Below, one piece after another: positions 27,912-35,337 of a stretch of DNA of 64,000 bases. Origin of the DNA: Candidatus Wolfebacteria bacterium GW2011_GWA1_44_24 (GTDB lineage: Bacteria; Patescibacteriota; Minisyncoccia; UBA6257; UBA9933); contig LCIO01000001.1 in the NCBI GenBank assembly GCA_001001115.1, forward strand, positions 236,710 through 300,709, given 5' to 3'. Each line of letters starts with the position of its first letter. Position 1 is the stretch's first letter. The notes beneath the pieces are model-generated. The model searched no databases. It was not told where the DNA came from and was given only the letters and a program-made list of their open reading frames with translations. The translations under genes and the position numbers were made by a program.

Positions 27912-28946
27912 TTAGGCTTTTCTTAAAACTTCTGCCGCTTCTTCTGGAAGCACATTGTTAATATGGAAACCCGTGGCGATTTCAAATGAACTATAGAGCC
28001 GAATTCTCGGGATTATTTCGATGTGCCAGTGAAAATCTTCCCGAAGGGTCTGCCACTTTGACCAACAAGCATTCTGGTTAGGGGCGGTATAGACAACCAT
28101 TGTGTAAGAAACGCCGTCTTCTTCGCCGGTAACCACCGCGTTGAGTTTCATAATCGCGGTTTTAAGCATAGCGGCGAATTCCAGGTCAAAAAACGATTCT
28201 TCAAAAAACGGTTCATGACGCTTCGGCAATACAAGCATTTCATACGGCACCCTGCTCCATGGCGGCGCTAAAAGGATATGACTCCTGCTCTCCATTATTA
28301 TCCTTTCGCCGTTTTTCTCTTCCACTCCGAGAATATCGCACAAAAGACACCTGTTTTTCGAATTAAAATGCTTTTTCAGATGCCAGAGTTTTTCTTTCAT
28401 CGCCGACGATATTACCGGCGAACCGACCACTACCGCGTGGGGATGGGTTATTTTTACCCGCGTCCCGCTGCCGTAGTTTTTATAAACCAGGACTTGCCGG
28501 ATATTCCCGTCTTTTTTAAGGTCGCTGATTCTTTCCCCGAATACGCCTAGAATTTCCTTGATTTTTTCCGCCGGCATATTGGGCCAGGTATCATCGTGGC
28601 GCGATGACTCGACGATAATCTCATTGGCGCCCGTAGCGGAAATAAAATCGTAAATATCCATGCCGAGCCGTTTTTGTTTTTCTACCCGAAAAATCGGATT
28701 TTTATCCGGCACCACCCGGATCCGCCAGCCTGGTTGATTGGGCCAACCGTTATCGCGGCGCGCCGTTATTTCCGAAGGTGTCAATTTTTCATTGCCTTCG
28801 CAAAACGGACAAGGCTCGATACCGCATTTGCCATCTCCTTTGTGATGAATCGTATATTTGCCGCTAAGAGGATTTTTTATGAGATGCGATTCTTCCAGCA
28901 AGCTTTTTGTTTCTGACAACATCTTTTCCTTACTATTCAGTTCCAT
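27912..28946 (-). CDS. Galactose-1-phosphate uridylyltransferase-like (GalT/HIT superfamily) protein
   Basis: Zn motif CPFCEGNE, histidine motif THPHAVV, two half-barrel organisation, 344 aa. AAGGGAGGT SD upstream. Confidence 0.7.
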   Translation of the reverse strand: MELNSKEKMLSETKSLLEESHLIKNPLSGKYTIHHKGDGKCGIEPCPFCEGNEKLTPSEITARRDNGWPNQPGWRIRVVPDKNPIFRVEKQKRLGMDIYDFISATGANEIIVESSRHDDTWPNMPAEKIKEILGVFGERISDLKKDGNIRQVLVYKNYGSGTRVKITHPHAVVVGSPVISSAMKEKLWHLKKHFNSKNRCLLCDILGVEEKNGERIIMESRSHILLAPPWSRVPYEMLVLPKRHEPFFEESFFDLEFAAMLKTAIMKLNAVVTGEEDGVSYTMVVYTAPNQNACWSKWQTLREDFHWHIEIIPRIRLYSSFEIATGFHINNVLPEEAAEVLRKA

Positions 28947-29044
28947 ATAAATAACCTCCCTTTTAAGTTGTTAAGCGTTCATGCCCGTTTTGGCTCACGT
29001 TGAACGGATTATAACAAAAATTTCCAGATAAGAAAACTTTCCTG

Positions 29045-29116
29045 TGGGCGATGCAGGGATTGAGCCTGCGGCCTTCTCGGTGTAAACGAGACGCTCTGCC
29101 ACTGAGCTAATCGCCC
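29045..29116 (-). tRNA. tRNA-Val (anticodon UAC)
   Basis: Hand-folded cloverleaf: GGGCGAT/ATCGCCC acceptor, GCTC/GAGC D stem, TCTCG-TTTACAC-CGAGA anticodon arm, GCAGG-CTCAATC-CCTGC T arm. No encoded CCA. Confidence 0.85.
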
Positions 29117-29120
29117 GACA

Positions 29121-29696
29121 TTACATCCTTTTTATCATCCTTCTGACAATATTCTCAAAAATAACGATAACAACAATGAAGCCGATTATCAAGAAAGCGG
29201 CGGTTTTCAGGTCTTGACGCAAAACATTTGTTTTGTAAGCGAAAACATACCCCAAAGAAACAAAAGTAATGGACCAAATAAGTCCGGCCAGCCAGCTGTA
29301 TCTCAGCAACTCCTTAAGCGGAATTTTTACATAGCCGCTGGCCACCAAAACAAGCTTGTTAAAACTCCAGGCGAATTTTGAAATAAAAACATACAAGCCG
29401 TCGTTAATTTTCAATTTTTCCAAAAAAGCGCCGGCTTTTTCCAGATGAATGAACAGAAATTTTTTTCTTTTTGATTCGGCAAGTTTCCAGCCGATTGACC
29501 AATAGATTAAATCGTGGACAATCGAGGCTGCAAAAGCTACAATTATAACATCAAGAATATCAAGGTAGCCATTGCGGCTCAGAACTCCGGCCAAAAGCAA
29601 AATCACTTCTCCCTCAATCAAAACGGCGAGAAAAATAATTACATACGAGATAAAGCGATGAGTTTCGGAAAAATTAACGAGCAATGATTCAACCAT
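29121..29696 (-). CDS. DedA/SNARE-associated family membrane protein
   Basis: MVESLL...FLAVLIEGEVILLLAG... Start trimmed to ATG 29696, because the ORF-track extension runs through a conserved non-coding repeat. Confidence 0.7.
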   Translation of the reverse strand: MVESLLVNFSETHRFISYVIIFLAVLIEGEVILLLAGVLSRNGYLDILDVIIVAFAASIVHDLIYWSIGWKLAESKRKKFLFIHLEKAGAFLEKLKINDGLYVFISKFAWSFNKLVLVASGYVKIPLKELLRYSWLAGLIWSITFVSLGYVFAYKTNVLRQDLKTAAFLIIGFIVVIVIFENIVRRMIKRM

Positions 29697-29703
29697 AAAA
29701 AGT

Positions 29704-29834
29704 GTGCAGTATTCTTGAATTAGTCCGAACGCATTTCGTCCTGAGCTTGTCGAAGGGTGAGGAAGTCCCACCGCGAAAATTCGGAAAGGCGGCGGAGCCG
29801 CACCGCTGACAATTTCAAGTTTTTCTTTGGCGGC
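29704..29834 (-). repeat. Modular intergenic repeat, copy 1 (modules A + variable GC hairpins + D)
   Basis: Minus strand GCCGCCAAAGAAAAACTTGAAATTGTCA...GAAATGCGTTCGGACTAATTCAAGAATACTGCAC. Same ends as 51148-51285. Confidence 0.8.
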
Positions 29835-30658
29835 TACTTTATCTTTTTAACTTTAATCCCATGTTTATGCAAGAGTTTAATCCCATCATCATTTCCATAA
29901 GGATGCAAATAATAAACTTCCGAAATATGTTTTTTCAAAATTTCTTGAGAGCAAAGAATACATGGCGGAATAAGAATATAAAGTTTTGTCTTTTTCAAAT
30001 CAACACCTTTAGATTCTGCTTTTTTGATAACAATATGCTCGGCATGTATGTCTTTGCTCTCAATGTTGTCCGACTCGGCAATAATCTTTCCTTGCAAAGT
30101 AATAAGCGCGGAAATTTTTCCAATAGATGCCTTGCTATGGTCAGCCAAAAAATACAAGCGTCGAACAATTGGATTTTTAATTTTGGAATAATCGCGCTGT
30201 GCCAATATCTGTTTGGCAAGAAAACTCGTGCTGGAGCAGCGCACGTCTTTCTCAAGGAAAACTACTTTAATATTTGGAAATTTGTCGTTAATCAAACGAG
30301 CGCGGTATTTTCTATACTTCATCGTCTCTTTCGAGAAAACGTAGTTTCGCGGTTTGATAATTTCCAAATATTTTTCGTAGTGAGACGGCTTATCGAGAAT
30401 CAAAACAAAATCAACAAATTCAAGTGCCGCGACAATTTCAGCACGACGTTTTTCACTAACGATGGGGCGATTAAATCCCTTCCGAACCCTAACTGTTTTG
30501 TCCGCTTGGACGATTACGACGAGGGGTCTGCCGACTTCGCTACATTTCCGCAAATAGCGGAGGTGGCCAGCATGGAACAAATCAAAAACGCCACCGACGA
30601 GCGTTGCTGTATGTGGCTTGAGCGTCTTTTTGAGCTTTGTAAGGGTAATAATTTTCAT
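29834..30658 (-). CDS. Fusion protein: cytidylyltransferase-like nucleotidyltransferase (N) + CMP/dCMP-type zinc deaminase (C)
   Basis: GGVFDLFHAGHLRYL (HxGH nucleotidyltransferase) at the N-terminus. HAEHIV...PPCILCSQEI (HAE / PCxxC) in the C-terminal half. Confidence 0.65.
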   Translation of the reverse strand: MKIITLTKLKKTLKPHTATLVGGVFDLFHAGHLRYLRKCSEVGRPLVVIVQADKTVRVRKGFNRPIVSEKRRAEIVAALEFVDFVLILDKPSHYEKYLEIIKPRNYVFSKETMKYRKYRARLINDKFPNIKVVFLEKDVRCSSTSFLAKQILAQRDYSKIKNPIVRRLYFLADHSKASIGKISALITLQGKIIAESDNIESKDIHAEHIVIKKAESKGVDLKKTKLYILIPPCILCSQEILKKHISEVYYLHPYGNDDGIKLLHKHGIKVKKIK

Positions 30659-30661
30659 TCA

Positions 30662-30784
30662 TTATTTAAAAAATTTTCTTCCCCCAAAATGCAAAATCGC
30701 CAATTCGTTTTTGCCCCCAAAATTGAATACCGATTGGTCGCCGAGCGAAGCGAGGCGAACCTTTCAAACTTGCGAATTCCTTTC
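30662..30784 (-). repeat. Modular intergenic repeat, copy 5 (A' + internal ATTTTGGGGG duplication + C)
   Basis: Minus strand GGAATTCGCAAGTTTGA...AATTTTGGGGGCAAAAAC...ATTTTGGGGGAAGAAAATTTTTTAAATAATGA-ATG. Confidence 0.7.
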
Positions 30785-30869
30785 TGGTGCCGAGGGTGGG
30801 ATTTGAACCCACACGCCTTGCGGCGCCAGCTCCTAAAGCTGGTGCGTCTGCCAATTTCGCCACCTCGGC
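30785..30869 (-). tRNA. tRNA-Leu (anticodon UAG), CCA encoded
   Basis: GCCGAGG/CCTCGGC acceptor, CCAGC-TTTAGGA-GCTGG anticodon arm, long variable arm, GTGGG-TTCAAAT-CCCAC T arm, ACCA end. Confidence 0.88.
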
Positions 30870-30876
30870 AAAAAGA

Positions 30877-30905
30877 TTGACTTTCAATTTAGATTATGTT
30901 ATAAA
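30877..30905 (+). promoter_or_regulatory. Sigma70-type promoter TTGACT-N17-TATAAA for the SPFH operon
   Basis: TTGACT 30877-30882, 17-nt spacer, TATAAA 30900-30905. A strong SD AAGGAGGAAAT-ATG follows at 30999. Confidence 0.6.
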
Positions 30906-30998
30906 TCTAATCAAGTTCTTTCACATAAATAATATGGCGGAATTGAGATAAAAACAACTTAACTGGCCCCGCTAAACAAGGGCAAACAAGGAGGAAAT

Positions 30999-32255
30999 AT
31001 GGATATGGGAAAAAAAGAGTCGTTGCTGAAAGCGCTTAAAGGCTTCTGGCTCGCGCTTAAAGGATTCTGGCTCGCAATGGGCATAATCTGCTTAATCCTG
31101 TTTTCCGCCGATATCTGGTTATCCGGATATTCAAATTCCACGACATTTCTTGGCGCGGAATGGAAATGGAATTGGGGGTTGGCGGCATTTTTAGCCCAAT
31201 TGTTTTATGTCGTTGTAAGTTTCCGGATAGTCGGACCGACAGAACTCGGAGCGGTGCTTTTCTTCGGAAAACCTCTATATAACGTGAAGTCCGGGCTAAA
31301 CCTCGTTCCGTTCCTTGTGTGTCGGTTAGTAAAGAATACAAGGAATATTATCGAGATTGAGCTTCCTACTAGGCCTGAACTAATATTCAGGTCGGAATTA
31401 GAAAAAGAAGAGGTTGTTCCAAAGGATCTTCTGGACAATGGATACAAACCTCCAATCAGGGTTCAATTTGGCGCGCCGGGAATTGAATTGAGCACAAAAG
31501 AACTCGAGTCTCAGCTCAACGATCCCAATATCATGGAAGATGAACGCAAAAGATTGGAGAGAATCAAAAAACTCTATGAGACTTTAAATAGGTTTATAGC
31601 AAACGAAAATATCCAAAACGATCCGCTAAATGTCCGCATGACTGCGGAAACTCCTCTCACGGTTCGATTGAAAATCAAAAGCCTTGTTAGGTTTTTGATA
31701 ACGTTCGATTCACTAGAGAAAGCAAAAGGCCAAATCCAAGATATCGCGGTAGCGATGCTTAACCGCGAATTTTCAAAAATCACTCCCGCGGTGGCTCAAG
31801 CTCATCTCGGAACGTTTAGTGAGCTCATCAAAGAGGAAATCGCCGAAAGAATAGAGAGCAATAAGGGTGATGGCGGCATAGAGATTGTGACTGTGCTTTT
31901 GCGTCCTTTTGGCTACAGTCACAAACTTAACGCATCTCTTCAATCATTTGCCGAAGCGCGAGCGAAAAAGCGGGCAACGGTTATTGATGCCGAAGCTCAG
32001 AAAGAGAAAGATACGCTTGAAGGCGAAGGAAAAGGTGCCGCTGAAAAAGCTATTATTGATGGAAGGACTGAGGGGTTTAAAGGAATGATGGAAAAACTCG
32101 GAGTTTCTGCTCAAGAGGTGCTTGGAGCTGAAATCGCCAGAGAATTCGCTGTCAATCCCGGCCAAAAAACGGTTATCGTCGGTCAAAAAGGCTTTGCTGA
32201 TGTTCTTGGCATTGCCGCTGCGATAGGCGAGACTTTCAAGGAGGGAGGAAAATGA
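30999..32255 (+). CDS. SPFH/Band 7 (stomatin/flotillin-like) domain membrane protein
   Basis: N-terminal TM helices, FRIVGPTELGAVLFFGKP...V core, long Ala/Glu/Lys-rich coiled C-terminus. In-frame 21-bp tandem duplication at 31032-31073 (ALKGFWL x2). Confidence 0.75.
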   Translation: MDMGKKESLLKALKGFWLALKGFWLAMGIICLILFSADIWLSGYSNSTTFLGAEWKWNWGLAAFLAQLFYVVVSFRIVGPTELGAVLFFGKPLYNVKSGLNLVPFLVCRLVKNTRNIIEIELPTRPELIFRSELEKEEVVPKDLLDNGYKPPIRVQFGAPGIELSTKELESQLNDPNIMEDERKRLERIKKLYETLNRFIANENIQNDPLNVRMTAETPLTVRLKIKSLVRFLITFDSLEKAKGQIQDIAVAMLNREFSKITPAVAQAHLGTFSELIKEEIAERIESNKGDGGIEIVTVLLRPFGYSHKLNASLQSFAEARAKKRATVIDAEAQKEKDTLEGEGKGAAEKAIIDGRTEGFKGMMEKLGVSAQEVLGAEIAREFAVNPGQKTVIVGQKGFADVLGIAAAIGETFKEGGK

Positions 32256-32761
32256 GACTGGAGTTAATAATCTTTTTCATCTTTCTTGCAAGCGCGATTG
32301 TACTTTTCGCGTGGAAAAAAATAGAAAAAGAGGTTGAGAAGCCACAAGAGAAAAAACCCGGAGGGCCACAGCCGCCATCACCTAGCCGGAAAAAAATCCA
32401 CTTAGCTAATGGCGTTGGGCTGGCCATAATAATCCTCGCCGCAGTTATCATCTACAAGATGGTCGGAGAGGAATGGTTTCAGCCGCGGACGGCAACGGCA
32501 ATCCACAAAGTCTGGGTTTTAGACCAGACTGTGACGGTGTCATCAAATGAGTGGGTAAATTTACCCATAAAGTTTGACGGCAAGGAGTATAAGTTTGCTC
32601 CGGACACGACATCGGCAGAGATTGAATTCGTTGCCGACGGCCGTTACGGAATCGCCGACAGCCGCACCCAGTTTGACTTCGGAGAAATCCGAAAGTCGCT
32701 GAAGGCTAGAGCAATAAAGGAAAAAGCGGTGGTTTATATGTATACCGCTAATCCTTCCTGA
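32252..32761 (+). CDS. Hypothetical 2-TM protein with C-terminal beta-rich soluble domain (possible NfeD-like partner of the SPFH protein)
   Basis: ATGA start/stop coupling with the SPFH gene. Two hydrophobic helices separated by a Lys/Pro-rich loop. Confidence 0.4.
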   Translation: MRLELIIFFIFLASAIVLFAWKKIEKEVEKPQEKKPGGPQPPSPSRKKIHLANGVGLAIIILAAVIIYKMVGEEWFQPRTATAIHKVWVLDQTVTVSSNEWVNLPIKFDGKEYKFAPDTTSAEIEFVADGRYGIADSRTQFDFGEIRKSLKARAIKEKAVVYMYTANPS

Positions 32762-32778
32762 GAAGGTGATTTATTCAA

Positions 32779-32818
32779 AGCCGCGCAAGGATTTATCCAA
32801 GCGCGGCTGTTTTATTTT
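32779..32818 (+). terminator. Intrinsic terminator of the SPFH operon
   Basis: AGCCGCGC-aaggatttatccaa-GCGCGGCT then GTTTTATTTT. Confidence 0.8.
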
Positions 32819-32843
32819 AAAATTATTTGTTATTATGAATATA

Positions 32844-32871
32844 TTGATATTGGTTGAATTTAATTTATAAT
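32844..32871 (+). promoter_or_regulatory. Promoter TTGATA-N16-TATAAT for the pilin-like gene array
   Basis: TTGATA 32844-32849, TATAAT 32866-32871, ATG 8 nt later (32880). Confidence 0.55.
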
Positions 32872-32879
32872 TTAATTGA

Positions 32880-33299
32880 ATGATTAAATCATTTTCCGGA
32901 AATAAATTTTTATATTTGATTGCGATATTTATCATTTTTTTAAACATTCTGTTTTTTATCGGTATTAATAATATATCAGCGGCGGAGCCTCCTCCCGGCG
33001 GCACAACATACACCACTCCCTCTAAAAGCGGCGGTTTATACGACCCCTTGGGGGGACAAACCATCACCAGTTTAATCCAAAATCTTATCGGGTTTCTCAT
33101 TAAAATCGGCGCGCCTATCGTGGCTTTGATGGTTTTATACGGCGGTTTTTTGATATTGACCGCCGGCGACAAACCCGAGCAGATTACCAAGGGAAAAAAC
33201 ACCATTCTTTACGCGGCTATTGGCTATACAATTATCTTGTGTTCTTGGGGCGTTATTTATATAATTCAACAAGTACTGGGAGCGAAATTAATAAAATGA
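32880..33299 (+). CDS. VirB2/T4SS-pilin-like small membrane protein, paralog 1
   Basis: Signal/TM, variable Pro/Gly/Thr region, TM1-YGGFLILTAGDKPEQITKGK-TM2 hairpin. Same architecture as 34948..35337. Confidence 0.55.
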   Translation: MIKSFSGNKFLYLIAIFIIFLNILFFIGINNISAAEPPPGGTTYTTPSKSGGLYDPLGGQTITSLIQNLIGFLIKIGAPIVALMVLYGGFLILTAGDKPEQITKGKNTILYAAIGYTIILCSWGVIYIIQQVLGAKLIK

Positions 33300-33628
33300 A
33301 AATCTTAAACAAAATTTCATTATTTTCAACAATTTTTTATTTAATGGGCATTTTCCCATTAATTGGTTTTGCTCAAGAATCTCCCGTTAAAAGCATTGAT
33401 GATGTAATGAATGTTTTAAAAAGCATTGTTAATGTGATGTACACGGCTTTCTTTATTGTGGCGATTATGTTTATAATCCTTGCGGCTTTTAATTATTTAA
33501 CCGCCCAAGACGATCCGGAAAAAATCAAAAGCGCCACTCGCCAGATAATGTGGGCGGCGGTGGCGATAGCGGTGGCTTTAATTTCGGTAGGATTTAATAA
33601 AATTGTAGAAAGTTTTATAAAACCATAA
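33296..33628 (+). CDS. VirB2/T4SS-pilin-like small membrane protein, paralog 2
   Basis: ATGA overlap with paralog 1. Signal peptide...AAFNYLTAQDDPEKIKSATRQIMWAAVAIAVALISVG. Confidence 0.55.
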   Translation: MKILNKISLFSTIFYLMGIFPLIGFAQESPVKSIDDVMNVLKSIVNVMYTAFFIVAIMFIILAAFNYLTAQDDPEKIKSATRQIMWAAVAIAVALISVGFNKIVESFIKP

Positions 33629-34090
33629 ATGTTTTTGAATATAAAAAAAATCTTTATTTTATTATTGATATTGGGAATTATTTTCCCGATTTTTTCATTT
33701 GCTGCGTTTCCTGTGGGAGAAGTTGCTGGGCCTGGAGGAAAATTACCAGAAGGCGCGGGAATTAAAGAAGTTTCTGATTTAGTTGGCATTCTTACAAAAG
33801 TTCTTGCGTGGATATATACAATTCTTTTTATTATTGCGATTATATTCATCCTCATTGCCGCTTTCACTTATTTAACCGCTCAAGCGGACCCGGAAAAAAT
33901 CAAAACTGCCACTCGCCAGATAATGTGGGCGGCGGTGGCGATAGCGGTGGCTTTAATTTCGGTGAGTATTAATGTGATAATAAGCAATTTTATAAGCCCA
34001 AGCGATAGTGGAGTTTTAGTAAATCCTAGCGGACAAAGTCCTTATTATTTAGATGTAGATCTTGGAATTTTCAATAAACCGCGAAAATAA
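33629..34090 (+). CDS. VirB2/T4SS-pilin-like small membrane protein, paralog 3 (with C-terminal extension)
   Basis: AAFTYLTAQADPEKIKTATRQIMWAAVAIAVALISVS. Start abuts the stop of paralog 2. Confidence 0.55.
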   Translation: MFLNIKKIFILLLILGIIFPIFSFAAFPVGEVAGPGGKLPEGAGIKEVSDLVGILTKVLAWIYTILFIIAIIFILIAAFTYLTAQADPEKIKTATRQIMWAAVAIAVALISVSINVIISNFISPSDSGVLVNPSGQSPYYLDVDLGIFNKPRK

Positions 34091-34096
34091 ATAAAG

Positions 34097-34465
34097 ATGA
34101 AAAAAGTTTTAATTTTATCAATATTTTTATCAATATTTATTGCAAATAATTCTTTTGCCATAACTGCCGGAACAATTCCTTCAGCCGAGCAATTGGGCGT
34201 TTCTAACGCCCCGAAAATTGAAAAAGTTGACACATTAGTTAATATTATTAGAAATATCGTAAAGTGGACATATATAATTTTCTTTATCGTGGCCGTATTT
34301 TTTATAATTTTAGCGGCTTTCACTTATTTAACCGCTCAAGCGGACCCAGAAAAAATCAAAACTGCCAATAAACAAATTCTTTACGCGGTTATCGCCATTG
34401 TTATCGCTCTTTTAGCCATCGGCTTTGATACGATAATAAAATCATTTCTGCAAAGCGGCGCTTGA
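34097..34465 (+). CDS. VirB2/T4SS-pilin-like small membrane protein, paralog 4
   Basis: AAFTYLTAQADPEKIKTANKQILYAVIAIVIALLAIG. Confidence 0.55.
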   Translation: MKKVLILSIFLSIFIANNSFAITAGTIPSAEQLGVSNAPKIEKVDTLVNIIRNIVKWTYIIFFIVAVFFIILAAFTYLTAQADPEKIKTANKQILYAVIAIVIALLAIGFDTIIKSFLQSGA

Positions 34466-34533
34466 TTGCTTTTTAGCTTGAATGTTTTAATATATTAATA
34501 TGTATTGAAAAGGTCGCAAATGCTTATTTAATT

Positions 34534-34887
34534 ATGAAAACAAAAATTTTTATTATTGCCGCGGGATTATTGGCAGTTTCGGCAATCGCGGGAAATGTCG
34601 CTTTAGCGATTCAAATTCCGGGTATCAGTCAGGTCGGCCCCACATCGGTGACCGGAACAGTGGATGTGATTAAAAATATTGTTAAGTGGGTTTATATTCT
34701 ATTCTTCATCATCGCCGTTCTTTTCATTATTTTGGCGGCTTTCAATTATTTGACTGCCCAGGGCGACGAAGAAAAAGTCAAAACCGCGAAAAATCAGATT
34801 ATTTACGCGGTAGTGGCGATTGTCGTGGCTTTGCTGGCCGTCAGTTTTGACACCATTATCAGCAATTTCCTGCAAAGCGGTCAATAA
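34534..34887 (+). CDS. VirB2/T4SS-pilin-like small membrane protein, paralog 5
   Basis: AAFNYLTAQGDEEKVKTAKNQIIYAVVAIVVALLAVS. Confidence 0.55.
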   Translation: MKTKIFIIAAGLLAVSAIAGNVALAIQIPGISQVGPTSVTGTVDVIKNIVKWVYILFFIIAVLFIILAAFNYLTAQGDEEKVKTAKNQIIYAVVAIVVALLAVSFDTIISNFLQSGQ

Positions 34888-34907
34888 ATTCTCAAAATTT
34901 TCCAAAC

Positions 34908-34945
34908 AAAAAACCCCGTTAGAATTTTCTATCGGGGTTTTTGTT
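34908..34945. terminator. Bidirectional intrinsic terminator between convergent pilin-like genes
   Basis: AAAACCCCG-ttagaattttctat-CGGGGTTTT flanked by A-run and T-run. Confidence 0.8.
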
Positions 34946-34947
34946 TA

Positions 34948-35337
34948 TCAGCAGAATTTTCCCGCCTTTCCCCATTCCCAGGGCTTGAAGCTGCCTCCTC
35001 CTAAAATTTCTATAACTTCCCTAATAATCAGCCAGGCGCCCACGGCGATTAAAACGCCGATAATCGCCGATTGGATGATTTTCCGGCCTTGGGCCGCCCG
35101 TTCGGCCGATTCTCCGGCGGTCAATATTACAAATCCGCCGTAAACAATGAAAATCACCGTAACGGGAATGGCGATGTTGTAAAGAGCGAAATTAATGACA
35201 TTTTCAGCCAAAGTTTTCAGATGGCAAAAATTGCACGCCGGTTCTCCGGCGCCGCCGCACGGCACAAGACCGGCGGCTTGAACAGCCATAACAGAAAACA
35301 CGAAACAGAAAATGGAAAATAGAATTATTTTTTTCAT
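34948..35337 (-). CDS. T4SS-pilin-like protein, paralog 6 (Cys-rich LVPCGG...C..C type)
   Basis: Signal peptide, GLVPCGGAGEPACNFCHL, TM1-YGGFVILTAGESAERAAQGRK-TM2. This is the pattern I associate with CPR 'T4SS pilin' family proteins. Confidence 0.6.
   Translation of the reverse strand: MKKIILFSIFCFVFSVMAVQAAGLVPCGGAGEPACNFCHLKTLAENVINFALYNIAIPVTVIFIVYGGFVILTAGESAERAAQGRKIIQSAIIGVLIAVGAWLIIREVIEILGGGSFKPWEWGKAGKFC

Noticed and set aside
29861-30880. 339-aa plus-strand ORF
   Set aside because: It is antisense to the transferase-deaminase gene, runs through an intergenic repeat and across tRNA-Leu(UAG), and has no domain signature. It is an artefact of low stop-codon density on the antisense strand.
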